Under the pieces are notes generated by a model. That model ran no database searches and was not told where the DNA came from. It worked only from the letters and a program-made list of their open reading frames with translations. A program made the translations under genes and the position numbers. From an uncultured delta proteobacterium (GTDB taxonomy: Bacteria > Desulfobacterota > Binatia > UBA9968): a stretch of DNA of 64,000 nt. The stretch's first letter is position 1. The number at the start of each line of letters is the position of its first letter. The stretch covers positions 96,001 through 160,000 of the forward strand of contig CAWJZV010000006.1 in assembly GCA_963847445.1 (NCBI GenBank), written 5' to 3'. Below, piece by piece: positions 1 through 12,285 of this stretch.

Positions 1-402
1 TGACATCGGCGCTGGCAACTTTGTCGGCCCATGCATGCGGCTGTGTTTGATGGATGGAGCTGACATCGGGCCAGATTGCGAGCAGGGGTAGTTTCAAATT
101 CACGGCAAGTTCTTGCAGTTGCTCGACAACGATGGGCATGCGCACATCCAGGGATTCATTGGCGTCGCCAAGACGCTGGCAGTCATCGATGACGACGAAC
201 GGCGTGCCGTCGATTTGACGAATCTGGGTTTCGATTTTTTTCGGCGTCGTAATGCGATCACACTCCACTAAATAGATTTGATCGAGCCAGCTCTTCGCTT
301 CTTCAGCGCAGCGCCGCAGTTTTTCCCAGCTCGGTGCGAGTTCATCGGCGCTGGCATGGTGCGCTTTGGGGACGCCGTACCAGTGCAAGAGGTATGCGCT
401 GC
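1..402 (-). CDS. DnaB-like helicase C-terminal / RecA-fold domain fragment; runs off the window edge and has no visible N-terminus
   Basis: Manual minus-strand translation SAYLLHWYG...PFVVIDDCQRLG...EQLQELAVNLKLPLLAIWP...ADV resembles the DnaB Walker-B and 'LKxLAKELxxPV' region. Not in the ORF track. Confidence 0.55.
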
Positions 403-403
403 T

Positions 404-487
404 GCGCCGGCGTATCCGCAATCGGTGTTCGGCTTCGCGTCGTTCTCGGATCAGATCGCGGATGAGATGGCCATCAATCCGGTCGAG
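404..487 (+). pseudogene. Short internal fragment of a xanthine dehydrogenase-family molybdopterin-binding subunit
   Basis: APAYPQSVFGFASFSDQIADEMAINPVE resembles the RAPGxPQxxFxxESxxDxxAxxxGxDPVE motif of XdhA/YagR-type subunits. Confidence 0.5.
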
Positions 488-1293
488 GCCTCGATTACGT
501 TCGCGAGGAGCGCGGCGGTTTCCGCATCGGTGCCCTGGCGAAGCTGGCCGATATCGAGGAGCACGCCGCGATTCGTGAGAAACTTTTGATTCTCGCCGAT
601 GCCGCTGGCGACGCGGCATCGCCGCAGATTCGTAACGCCGGCACCATCGCCGGCAATATTTGCCAGCGGCCGTTCTGCTGGTATTTTCGTTCGTCCAATT
701 TCACCTGTCTGCGTAAAGGCGGACAGCTCTGTTACACCGTCACCGGCGACGGCCGCTTCCATGCGATCCTCGGCGCTGGCCCGAGTTATATCGTGCACCC
801 GTCCGATACCGCACCAGCGTTGGTGGCGCTCGGCGCGCAGATCAAGATCGTCGGACCCGCGGGCGAGAAGACCTTACCGCTGGAAAAGTTTTTCGTCCTG
901 CCGTCAGTGGATTACAAACGGGAGAATATTCTCAACCCCGGCGAAATCGTCACGGAGATTTTCGTGCCGACGCCCAAAGCTGGCAGCAAGGGTTTTCACC
1001 ACAAAGTGCGCGAACGCTTGGCTTGGGACCATGCCATCGTCGCCGTCGACACCATCGTCGAAAGCAGCGGCGGCGTGGTGCGACATGCCAGTGTGGTCAT
1101 GGGCGGGGTCGCGCCGATTCCCTGGCGCGCGCAGAAGGCCGAGGAGTTTCTCCGCGGGAAACGGCTCGACGAAGCGACGGCTAAACAAGCCGGGGAGATC
1201 GCCCTCGAAGGCGCGAAGCCGCTGAAAGACAACATCTACAAAATTAAATTGGCCCAGGAGCTGATTCAGCGGGGACTGCTGGCTTCGATCTAG
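487..1293 (+). CDS. Xanthine dehydrogenase-family FAD-binding subunit (YagS/CoxM-like), N-terminally truncated
   Basis: GLDYVREERGGFRIGAL, ASPQIRNAGTIAGNICQRPFCWYFR, HPSDTAPALVAL, GGVAPIPWR. Frame is closed upstream by TGA at 463. Confidence 0.88.
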   Translation, partial: GLDYVREERGGFRIGALAKLADIEEHAAIREKLLILADAAGDAASPQIRNAGTIAGNICQRPFCWYFRSSNFTCLRKGGQLCYTVTGDGRFHAILGAGPSYIVHPSDTAPALVALGAQIKIVGPAGEKTLPLEKFFVLPSVDYKRENILNPGEIVTEIFVPTPKAGSKGFHHKVRERLAWDHAIVAVDTIVESSGGVVRHASVVMGGVAPIPWRAQKAEEFLRGKRLDEATAKQAGEIALEGAKPLKDNIYKIKLAQELIQRGLLASI

Positions 1294-1406
1294 ACTGCCG
1301 TGGGCGATGCCTGGTAATTTCCCCAAGGCACACTGTTAACTCGAGTCGGCTTCGTACTTGAGCGAAGTACAGCTGACAAGCAAGCCGGTTGGCGGGCAAT
1401 TTCGAC

Positions 1407-1435
1407 TTGACCCGTTTATGCCGAGCCCTTACACT
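1407..1435 (+). promoter_or_regulatory. Sigma70-type promoter
   Basis: TTGACC-N17-TACACT, 9 nt before ATG 1445. Confidence 0.55.
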
Positions 1436-1444
1436 TTTGGCTTC

Positions 1445-2216
1445 ATGCTCGCCGAGGTTTTAAAGAATCGCTATTTGATCGCAGGCGCGGCGTTGTTTCC
1501 AGTCGCGCTGATGCTGATCCTGTTCGTCAGCGGTCGTGAGAATCTTCGTCTGCCGTGGATGAAGAGCAGTATCAGCATTGAGCCTTCGGGCGCCGATGCT
1601 ATTGCGCAGATGAGAGAATTTCTCGCCAAGGAGCGGCGCCAGCTTGGCCAGTTCGAACAGCGAACAGGCGACGCTTCGTGCCGAGGTTATTCGCCAGCGC
1701 AAGCTGTTGCAGGAAGGCCAGCTTTCTCACGAACAAGTTAAACAGACCGAGCAGTTGTTCGTCGCGGCGCTCAAGCGCGTTCACGAGATGCGTTATACGG
1801 TGACGGAAACCGACATCGCTATCACCGAAGCGGTTCTCGGTGAAAAGGTTTTGCGCATGCCGGCCTTGCCCATCGGTGGATTTAGCCAGACGGCGGAGTT
1901 GACGCGCTTTAATGGGCCTTTCAAATGGTCGATCGCCGAAGCGCCCAGGGTAGAGAAATTCTTCTCGCAAACCTTCGGCCGCCGGCTGCCGATAACGGCA
2001 TTGGGGCAGTCAGATACTCATAATCGCTTAAGGTTCGATCACCGCGATTCAATGGATATCGGACTCCATCCTGATAGCGGCGAGGGCAGGGCGTTGGTTG
2101 GTTTTCTCCGCAAGTCCGGCATTCCCTTCGTCGCTTTTCGCAGCGCGATTCCAGGTGCTGCCACTGGGCCACATATTCATGTCGGCCGCCCGTCGGGACG
2201 GCTTGCTCGCCAGTAA
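1445..2216 (+). CDS. Membrane-anchored coiled-coil protein with putative LAS-type Zn peptidase domain (paralog 1); frameshift near 1643
   Basis: N-terminal hydrophobic helix in ORF 1358-1741, continuing in ORF 1644-2216. Motifs FDHRDSMD and GPHIHVG; strong similarity to 3012-3725. Confidence 0.75.
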
Positions 2217-2360
2217 TCTAGATTCTACATCCATCCAATGGCGGGCAACTCCGCCCGTCAACTTGGTCATTTCCGTCAAACGGGAATTTTGGCTCGTGAA
2301 CTTCCCGTGGTTTCTCCGGTTACGGGCAATCTTGTTGGCGCTTTACCTCGATTACGCTCT

Positions 2361-2376
2361 CGGCATCTTGATTGCT
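2361..2376 (+). promoter_or_regulatory. Sigma54 (-24/-12) promoter of the Flp pilin
   Basis: CGGCATCTTGATTGCT = GG-N10-GC, close to the TGGCAC-N5-TTGCW consensus. Confidence 0.65.
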
Positions 2377-2430
2377 TCGCAAAGGGTTAGGATCGTAGCA
2401 CAATCTAGAAAATATCACTGAGTGGGCAAC

Positions 2431-2619
2431 ATGGATCTGATGAAAAAACTTTTGCGGGAAGAAGCTGGCCAGGGACTGGTCGAGTACACCTTGGTTGTAT
2501 TCGTCGTCGCGCTGCTATTCTGGATGGGTGTGCGCGATACCAACATTGGCACTAGCTTGACTACCGGTTGGGCCAAAATTTCCGATTGTGTGTTCTCGCC
2601 ATTTTCCTGCAGCCCCTAG
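2431..2619 (+). CDS. flp: Flp family type IVb pilin
   Basis: KLLREEAG|QGLVEY prepilin motif followed by a hydrophobic helix; about 60 aa; start may be 2431 or 2440. Confidence 0.88.
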   Translation: MDLMKKLLREEAGQGLVEYTLVVFVVALLFWMGVRDTNIGTSLTTGWAKISDCVFSPFSCSP

Positions 2620-2790
2620 TTTGGTTGGCCGCGCTGGCACAGCCGCGCCTATTTTGGCTGACCACACGACATGGCATACCCCGCGCCGAGCAGTCTTCCA
2701 GACCACGCCGCGTTGACGGCACTCGCCGAGCAACGTGTTAGTTTCATTCGATGTTTTGTTGCCCCATCTCTTGCGACCTGAAATTCACGA

Positions 2791-2932
2791 CAATTGGCGG
2801 TTTATGGTTGGCCACTTGCCTGTTCATGATTGCGAGTCGGCGATCACCGCTCTGGCAAACTTCTGGGTCCGTAGACAAGTGGCCTGCGGCGATAACCAGA
2901 TTCCGAGACGGGTTGGGCTTGACCGCCAATTG
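2791..2932. repeat. Nested inverted repeats; candidate structured RNA
   Basis: CAATTGGCGGT(2791)/ACCGCCAATTG(2922) enclose GGCCACTTGCCT(2810)/AGACAAGTGGCC(2873) and an inner hairpin. Confidence 0.5.
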
Positions 2933-2947
2933 CATACTTCATAGACT
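2919..2947 (+). promoter_or_regulatory. Sigma70-type promoter
   Basis: TTGACC-N17-TAGACT upstream of ATG 2978. Confidence 0.55.
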
Positions 2948-2977
2948 TCAGGGAGAGTTTCGCGTTATGCCAGCCCT

Positions 2978-3725
2978 ATGGAAACCTGCCGAAGAGCGAT
3001 ACCGCTAATATTTGCTGTGGCATTATTGGCGCCGGAGTTGGGCTTGGGCCAGGGCGCGCCAGGAGGCATCGCGGTCCGCTCCGACCGACTCCGAGCTCGC
3101 GCGGTCGCGCAACGACGTGATTCAAAAGACCAAGGAGACCCGTGCTGGCGCCGAAACGCTCTTGGCGTTGCACGAAGCGGAAGTCAAGCGCATTACCGCG
3201 GAATATCAGCGCCGGCGTGAGCTTTACCATGAGGGATATATTTCCCGCACTGAAGTGATTCAGGCGGAGCAAGCGGTGGCGCAGGCGATGTTGCGGCTCG
3301 AGGATGACAAACGCTTTCTCACCGAAACCGACACCGCTCTCACTGAATTTACCATGCGCGATGAATTGCTGCGGCTCCCCGGTTTGGCCCTGGGCGGTTA
3401 CAGCGAAACCAATACGTTACTGCGCTTCAACGGCGCGGCGGGATTTACTTTGGCGGAGGTCGCTAAAATCGAAAGATTTTTTTCGCAATCCTTTGGTCGC
3501 GGGCTGCCGATCAGTGCGCTCGGCCAGACGGTGACCCATGAACGCATGAGATTCGATCATCGCAACGCGGTCGATGTGGCGCTCCACCCCGAGAGCGCCG
3601 AAGGCAAGTCCGTGCTCAACTATTTACGTCAGGCGGGGATTCCATTTGTCGCATTTCGCGGCGCCATCCCCGGTGCCGCCACTGGAGCGCATATTCATAT
3701 CGGCAAGCCTTCGCCGCGTTTGTAG
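2978..3725 (+). CDS. Exported coiled-coil protein with putative LAS-type Zn peptidase domain (paralog 2); frameshift near 3050
   Basis: Signal peptide-like start METCRRAIPLIFAVALLA, continuing in ORF 3012-3725. Motifs FDHRNAVD and GAHIHIG. Confidence 0.75.
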
Positions 3726-3802
3726 AGGACCTGCGCAGAGTTCGGACTGGAGTTTTCCGCTGGAGTTGCAGCCGCGCCGGGTTTTAGCTAAGTCACTTAA
3801 CT

Positions 3803-4546
3803 ATGGCACCGCCAACCACACCCATGCCCGCTTCGACGGTCGTCTTGGCGCGACCGAGCGACAATGGCGCATTTGAAATTTTTATGAACCGGCGTCCGGA
3901 AAAAATGGACACCTACGCTGGAGTCTATGTTTTTCCCGGCGGGCGGGTGGAAAGTACGGATTGGTCGTCGCCCATGCTCAGTTTGGTGCGCGGGGTCACG
4001 CCCGCCGACGCGCAACAAAAGCTCGGCAGCGCGGCCGGACCGGAAGTTTGTTTGGGCTATTGGGTCGCCGCGGTGCGGGAGTTGTTTGAAGAGGCGGGCA
4101 TCCATTTTTTCGTGCAGCAGCACAATCAACCGGCGATCGTGGATGCGACCGGCCTTAGCGCGCGGCTGGCGCAGAAGCGCGCCGAACTGCAACAGGGTAA
4201 ATACGATTTAGCCACCCTGATGGCCGCTGAGCGCTTATATTGCGATGTCGGGCGGCTCAGCTATTTTTTTCATCGCGTCACCCCGGAGCATTATCCTGTG
4301 CGCTTCGATACTCATTTCTATTTGGCTGCTCTGCCCCACGGGCAAAACCCTTTACACAGCTCCGAAGAGGTGGCCGAGAGCCTTTGGGTTGCGCCAAAAG
4401 CGGCGCTCGACCGTGGCCAAGCGGGCAACTTTCCGATGATGCCACCGACCATTGCAGTCTTGCGAACCCTCGCTGCGCACGACTCGTGGAATTCTTTGTG
4501 TAAAGCATTTCAACTATGTGATCCTTACGCCGCCGTGCCAAACTGA
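3803..4546 (+). CDS. NUDIX hydrolase
   Basis: VFPGGRVE ... AAVRELFEEAGI (split Nudix box), TP...RFDTHFY, MMPPT. Confidence 0.88.
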   Translation: MAPPTTPMPASTVVLARPSDNGAFEIFMNRRPEKMDTYAGVYVFPGGRVESTDWSSPMLSLVRGVTPADAQQKLGSAAGPEVCLGYWVAAVRELFEEAGIHFFVQQHNQPAIVDATGLSARLAQKRAELQQGKYDLATLMAAERLYCDVGRLSYFFHRVTPEHYPVRFDTHFYLAALPHGQNPLHSSEEVAESLWVAPKAALDRGQAGNFPMMPPTIAVLRTLAAHDSWNSLCKAFQLCDPYAAVPN

Positions 4547-4643
4547 CAATCCCGTCACCACATTACTTAATCGAGCAACAAAATAGGCCAAAGCTTTACG
4601 CTAAGGTCTGCGCGTTTTCAGCTAGTTATCGCAGACTGCCCGC

Positions 4644-4659
4644 AGGCACCGAGTTTGCG
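4644..4659 (+). promoter_or_regulatory. Sigma54-type promoter upstream of glgP
   Basis: AGGCACCGAGTTTGCG (GG-N10-GC), with an IHF-like TTTCAGCTAGTTA about 20 bp upstream. Confidence 0.5.
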
Positions 4660-4820
4660 TTAAGGCTACCGCAGAGGGACCAGGAATCGATGGACGTAGA
4701 ATTGCCCGATACTATCGATGGTGCTATAATCGTCAGAACTTATCGGAATATCCAGAAACTGACTCCTTTCCCGCTAAGCCATCAATGCCCCGTTAGCCGT
4801 TAGATCGTTAAATTCGTCAA

Positions 4821-6560
<1,740 letters not shown>

Positions 6561-6609
6561 TTCAGAGCTGCTGGTTCGCGCTTGGTTGACGATTCCGATT
6601 CAAAAAACT

Positions 6610-7470
6610 CTAGCGAGAGGTTTCGATAAAATTCTTGAGCCGCTCATAGTAGCCATCGCCGCCGGCGATGAAGGTGTCGTTATGGCCCGCGCCCTTGATC
6701 GGATAAAACTGCTTGGGTTGGCGGGCGGCGGCGAAGACTCTCTGGCCCTGCTCGAAGGGAATGATCTCGTCCTGGTCGCCGTGCAACACCAGCAGCGGCG
6801 CGGTTATTTTTCCAACTTTGTCGATGACGTCAAATTTTGCGCTTAACAGCGGGCCGATCGGCAAGGCGGGCAAAACTATTTTGGCCATGTCACTTATTGA
6901 AGCGAAGGGACTTTCCAGGATGACCGCTCGGCTGCCGTGGCGGGTCGCCATCTCGGCGGCCACGGCGGCGCCTAAGGAGCGGCCGAAGATCAGAAGATTT
7001 TTGCTCTCGACTTGCAATTGCGTGCGGACGAAATTCATCGCCGCGTCGCCGTCGATATAGGTTGTCGTTTCCGACGAACTGCCGGGGCTGCGGCCGTAGC
7101 CGCGGTAGTCAAAAATAAAAATGCTGATACGAGTCTTGTCGTGCAGGAGCTTGATGTTGTCCACTCGGTCGCCGATGTTGCCCGCGTTGCCATGAAACCA
7201 AATCATCGTCGCGCTGGCCTGAGGGTGGGGAATGAACCAGCCGTTGAGACGGACATTGTCGGCGGTGGTGAAGTAGAGATCCAGGTAGTCTAAACCGACG
7301 TCGCGCGGCGTGCGCGCGATGGCGGTGGTGGGATGAAAGAGCAGCCGATTCTCCAGGCCGCAACCGGTTAACAGCCAGAGCAATACGATTAGAAAATTGC
7401 CGGCGCCAAGGCGTTGCAGCGCCGCCGATCGGCAGCATTTAACTTGATCGTTCTGAGTCAGCCGGAACAA
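6610..7470 (-). CDS. Alpha/beta hydrolase (start uncertain)
   Basis: FHGNAGNI, DYRGYG, GRSLG nucleophile, HGDQDEIIP, GAGHND. Confidence 0.9.
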   Translation of the reverse strand: MFRLTQNDQVKCCRSAALQRLGAGNFLIVLLWLLTGCGLENRLLFHPTTAIARTPRDVGLDYLDLYFTTADNVRLNGWFIPHPQASATMIWFHGNAGNIGDRVDNIKLLHDKTRISIFIFDYRGYGRSPGSSSETTTYIDGDAAMNFVRTQLQVESKNLLIFGRSLGAAVAAEMATRHGSRAVILESPFASISDMAKIVLPALPIGPLLSAKFDVIDKVGKITAPLLVLHGDQDEIIPFEQGQRVFAAARQPKQFYPIKGAGHNDTFIAGGDGYYERLKNFIETSR

Positions 7471-7509
7471 GGCGGGTCATCCAAGTGAAACCGTGCCGCG
7501 CACCTGGTT

Positions 7510-8046
7510 TCAGTGCTTATGCTCGCCGCGGAGTTTCCACTCCAGGCCATCGATAATGCACTCGACGCTTGCCTGCAAAATATCGGCGGCGACGCCGACG
7601 GTACCCCAGCGTTGGTTGCCGTCGGCGAAGATCGCCAGCACCCGCACCAATGCACCGGCGCCGTTTTCCTCTTCATCGCTGGCAACGCCATGCAACAGGC
7701 GCACGTCGAACTCTTCCAGCGTTACCTCTGACAATTGCGGATAGTGTTTCTCAAGGATCTTACGCATGGCGTTATCGACGGCATGCACCGGACCACGGCC
7801 GCCGGCGGCGACCAGCTCTTCGTCGCCGAAGACTTCGATGAGCACGGTAGCCTCAGTGTGGCTGCGATGGCTTTCGATCGCCTGAAAGTCCACTTGATCG
7901 TCGATCTTGCAGCGCAAGACGCGAAACGGTATCAGATAGTCCTGACGGCGTCGGATCGCCATCAGTTCAAAAGACGCCCAGGCACCCTCAAGCCGAAAAA
8001 AGTCTTCCTTCAAGTCTCTTGCCATGATTTTCTCCCGTAACCCCAT
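7510..8046 (-). CDS. Stand-alone LeuA/CimA allosteric (dimerisation) domain protein
   Basis: EGAWASFEL, TEATV, GRGPVHAVDNAMRK, VRVL, WGTVGV..DILQAS resemble the citramalate synthase C-terminus. Confidence 0.75.
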   Translation of the reverse strand: MGLREKIMARDLKEDFFRLEGAWASFELMAIRRRQDYLIPFRVLRCKIDDQVDFQAIESHRSHTEATVLIEVFGDEELVAAGGRGPVHAVDNAMRKILEKHYPQLSEVTLEEFDVRLLHGVASDEEENGAGALVRVLAIFADGNQRWGTVGVAADILQASVECIIDGLEWKLRGEHKH

Positions 8047-8180
8047 TTACGCCAATGACTGTGTGCGCCATTATATTCCTCAAGGTAAAAAGCGCTAGGC
8101 CGATCCCGCGCATCTCGTGAATCAAACGGATCGAGGGGAAAATCTTTGCAGTAACGCGCAAGTCTGGTATCCTTTTGGCG

Positions 8181-8756
8181 ATGGCGATGGAAATCAAGGC
8201 ACCGGAGAATAGCTTGCAGGGGTATTTTCTCCAAGTGGTGCGTCAGAGCTTTTGGCAAGTGGGGATTTATGACGCGACGGTCGCCCAGTATGTCGCCGAC
8301 GTCTTGGCCGACTTTGCGCGGGCCGACAATCTCTACCAAATGCGCGGCCGGGGTGGACGCAAGATCGACAGCGTCGTCGAGATGCTCGCGCAAGCGCCGG
8401 CAATGCCGGCCGACGAGGCCGATGTCCTGCGCCAGCGCAGGTTACGAAAGTACGTGGGCGATTACGCGCTGTTCATGAGCGGGATTTTTCGCAAGTACAT
8501 CGAGGGCAAGGGTTCCCTGGATTATTATATTCAAGAGGGCAGCCGGTCCTATTGGACGGTTTCCGAACTCGACCTTGCTCTCTACCGCACCGGTTATTAT
8601 CTCTACCAGGAACTTTCGACCAAGTTCGAGTACTACTCCGGTGCGCTTGACTTCATGCGCAAGACTCACTTCGCGGCGGCGCCAGGCGAAGACCCGTTCG
8701 CGGGTTTCCTTCGACAAATAAGAGGCTGGATGAAAATCCACGTGAGCGAGAATTGA
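8181..8756 (+). CDS. Hypothetical protein
   Basis: Long ORF; motif RKYVGDYALFMSGIF..DYYIQEG; -10-like TATCCT 7 nt before ATG 8181. Confidence 0.75.
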   Translation: MAMEIKAPENSLQGYFLQVVRQSFWQVGIYDATVAQYVADVLADFARADNLYQMRGRGGRKIDSVVEMLAQAPAMPADEADVLRQRRLRKYVGDYALFMSGIFRKYIEGKGSLDYYIQEGSRSYWTVSELDLALYRTGYYLYQELSTKFEYYSGALDFMRKTHFAAAPGEDPFAGFLRQIRGWMKIHVSEN

Positions 8757-8804
8757 GCGCTCTTAACCGGTAATCGCTCCGCGCCAGTCACGGAACTCGC
8801 CAAC

Positions 8805-9845
8805 TTGAAAATCCTCCGCACCACACTGCTTGCCACGGCGCTGGTTCTGCCGCTGGCAGCGGGGCTGTTCTTCTACAACATTTATTATTCCCGGCCTGCC
8901 AGCGGTGGCTATCCAATCGAGGTCAGAGTTGAGTCCGGCGATTCATTCGCTACCGTGACGCGCAAGTTGCGCGCGCAACAGGTGATTTCCAACGGTTTAT
9001 TTTTTTCCTTATGGGCTCGTTTTAACGGCGCGGAGAAAAAAATTCACCAGGGGCTGTATCGCTTCGAGAGCAGCGTCGCACCTTGGGAAGTCTTAGAACG
9101 GTTGGTGGCCGGCAAAGGGATCTTTCATAGCGTAACCATCCCCGAAGGACTGACGATCAAGGAGATCGCCGAGCTCTTAGACAAGATGCAAATCGCCAAC
9201 AAGGAGAAATTTCTCGCCGCCGCCGCCGATCCCAGTGTGCTCACCGCGCTCGGGCTTGGCGATAAAGGTCTCGAAGGATATTTATTCCCCAGCACCTATC
9301 ATTTTACGCCGGCAACGCCGGAACGGGACATTGTCATCGCAATGGCCGAGCAGTTTCGCAGATCGTCCCAACCACTATTGGTTAAGACCGCAACGACGAA
9401 GCAGTTCTCCACGCACGAGCTACTGACGTTGGCTTCGATCGTCGAGAAAGAGACTGGCGTGGAAGCGGAGCGCGGTCTGGTCGCCGCAGTGTTTCACAAC
9501 CGGCTCAAGCGGCAGATGCCGCTGCAGAGCGACCCGACGGTGATTTACGGCCTTAAAGATTACAACGGCAATTTGACCAAGAAAGACCTGCGCGACGACA
9601 ACCCTTATAACACCTATCGGATCGGCGCGTTGCCGCCGGGGCCGATTTGCAATCCGAGTCTGTCGTCGATTAAGGCGACTCTCAACCCCGCGGATGTTCC
9701 CTATATCTATTTCGTCTCGAAGAACGATGGCACCCATGCGTTTTCGGAAACCATCGAAGAGCATAATCAAGCGGTTAAAACCTACCAGCCGGTGCGCGAA
9801 CCGGCACGCGTGCAAGGCAAAAAGGCCTTAGCGACACATCGCTAA
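8805..9845 (+). CDS. mltG: Endolytic transglycosylase MltG
   Basis: TIPEG, LEGYLFPSTY, LASIVEKET, VFHNRL, LQSDPTVIYG, YNTY...LPPGPICNP. Confidence 0.95.
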   Translation: MKILRTTLLATALVLPLAAGLFFYNIYYSRPASGGYPIEVRVESGDSFATVTRKLRAQQVISNGLFFSLWARFNGAEKKIHQGLYRFESSVAPWEVLERLVAGKGIFHSVTIPEGLTIKEIAELLDKMQIANKEKFLAAAADPSVLTALGLGDKGLEGYLFPSTYHFTPATPERDIVIAMAEQFRRSSQPLLVKTATTKQFSTHELLTLASIVEKETGVEAERGLVAAVFHNRLKRQMPLQSDPTVIYGLKDYNGNLTKKDLRDDNPYNTYRIGALPPGPICNPSLSSIKATLNPADVPYIYFVSKNDGTHAFSETIEEHNQAVKTYQPVREPARVQGKKALATHR

Positions 9846-9905
9846 GCTCGCATTTCAGCTACCGCCTACGAGATGTTATAGTTCCCACGATGTCGTCTCC
9901 AAGCC

Positions 9906-11286
9906 ATGGCCCCGAGGGTGAGAGAAGCGGAAAATTTGGTCACTCGTCTGGCGGCGCGCTTGGGCAGTCATGTGCTGTGGGATTCATTGTTGATCTTCAT
10001 GCCGCCGGTGTTGGCGGCGCTCTTCATTGCGTTTTCCGTCTATCGCGCCGCCTGGATATCGCCGCTGGTTTTTTGGCTCATGGCAACTTGCCTCGCGGCG
10101 CTGGGCCTACTCTTGGTGATCTTACGCTATCGACCATTGATCCCATCGGTGCCGGCGGCGGCTGGGCTGATCGACCGCCAGGCGAGGTCCCAGGATCGCT
10201 TTCTTACCTTGGCGACGCTTGGAAGCTCACCACAACCGGCGAACTTGGTCGCGCGCCTGCGCCAAGAAACCTCGGGTTTCGGCGAACGCATCCAGTTTGG
10301 CCGGGATTTTCCCTATAAATTCAAGCAGTCGTGCTACCGCTCGTTGGCGGTGTCGACGGTCGCGGCGATTTTATTTCACCTGCTCATTCCCGTTGCCGAG
10401 TCGGTCATTGGGCCGGTGAGCGTGCAACAGAAACTGCGCCAAGTCGCCGAGAAAATGGCCGAGAAAGAATCTCTCAAGGCGCTGGCACAGGAGTTAAAGG
10501 CGCTGGCGGCTAAGCTCGACGACCCGAAAGCGACGCCGGAGGAAAAACAAGCGGCGGCCGAGGAGCTTGAGAAAAAAATCGAGAAACAAAAAAAGAAAGA
10601 AGAAGAAAAAGAAAACCGCGATCTGCTCAGTCAAGCGGCGAACTCGCTCAAGGGCACCGAGCAGCAGCAATCGGCCAGCGGTGAAGAACAGAAGAAAGAT
10701 CAAGATAAGGGCGGCGGCGGCATTCAGAGCAATGCGCCGCAGGACGGCAAAGGGGAAGGCAAGAAAAGCGATGGCAGCGGTTCGGATAGCAAGGGCGAAC
10801 AGAGCGCGCAGATGAGCAATGACATGAAGCAGGGCAGTGCCGCGCAGGGCAATCCGAAGGAAAAGGGCGACGAGAAAAACCAACAGTCACCAAGCGACGC
10901 CAAGGGTGACCAGCGCGACCCCAATCAGCCGGGCAAAGAACAGAACAACGAAAAGACCGGTAAAAACCAAGGAGCTGCGAAAGAAGGAGCGGGGAAAAAT
11001 CAGGTCGTCGGAAGAGCCGCCCCAAGGGGCGCCGCCGGCGGAGCGGTTTTATAAAGCCGGCGAGGGCAAGGAAGGCATCAAAGGGGCGGGTTATGTCACG
11101 GTACAGTTGCCGGAGGACGTGGTGGCGGACAGCAAAGCCGAGGGCAAACCGACCAAGGCGGGTGGCGCTGGCAATCGGGCGCGACCACAATTGCCGGTGA
11201 GTAACGCACCATTGCCTGCGCACGTACCCAACGCGCCCACGGAAAAACAGCAGATGCCAATCGAATATCGCGGCATCATTCGTTGA
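9906..11286 (+). CDS. Membrane protein with long charged, Gln/Gly-rich C-terminus; frameshift near 11005
   Basis: Three hydrophobic helices, then a low-complexity region. C-terminus (MPIEYRGIIR) is in ORF 10837-11286. Lies directly upstream of MoxR. Confidence 0.7.
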
Positions 11287-11298
11287 TGGAAAGGGAGT

Positions 11299-12285
<987 letters not shown>

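Noticed and set aside
278-589. 103-aa ORF as a real gene
   Set aside because: Composite of antisense DnaB-like sequence, a Mo-subunit fragment and off-frame FAD-subunit sequence
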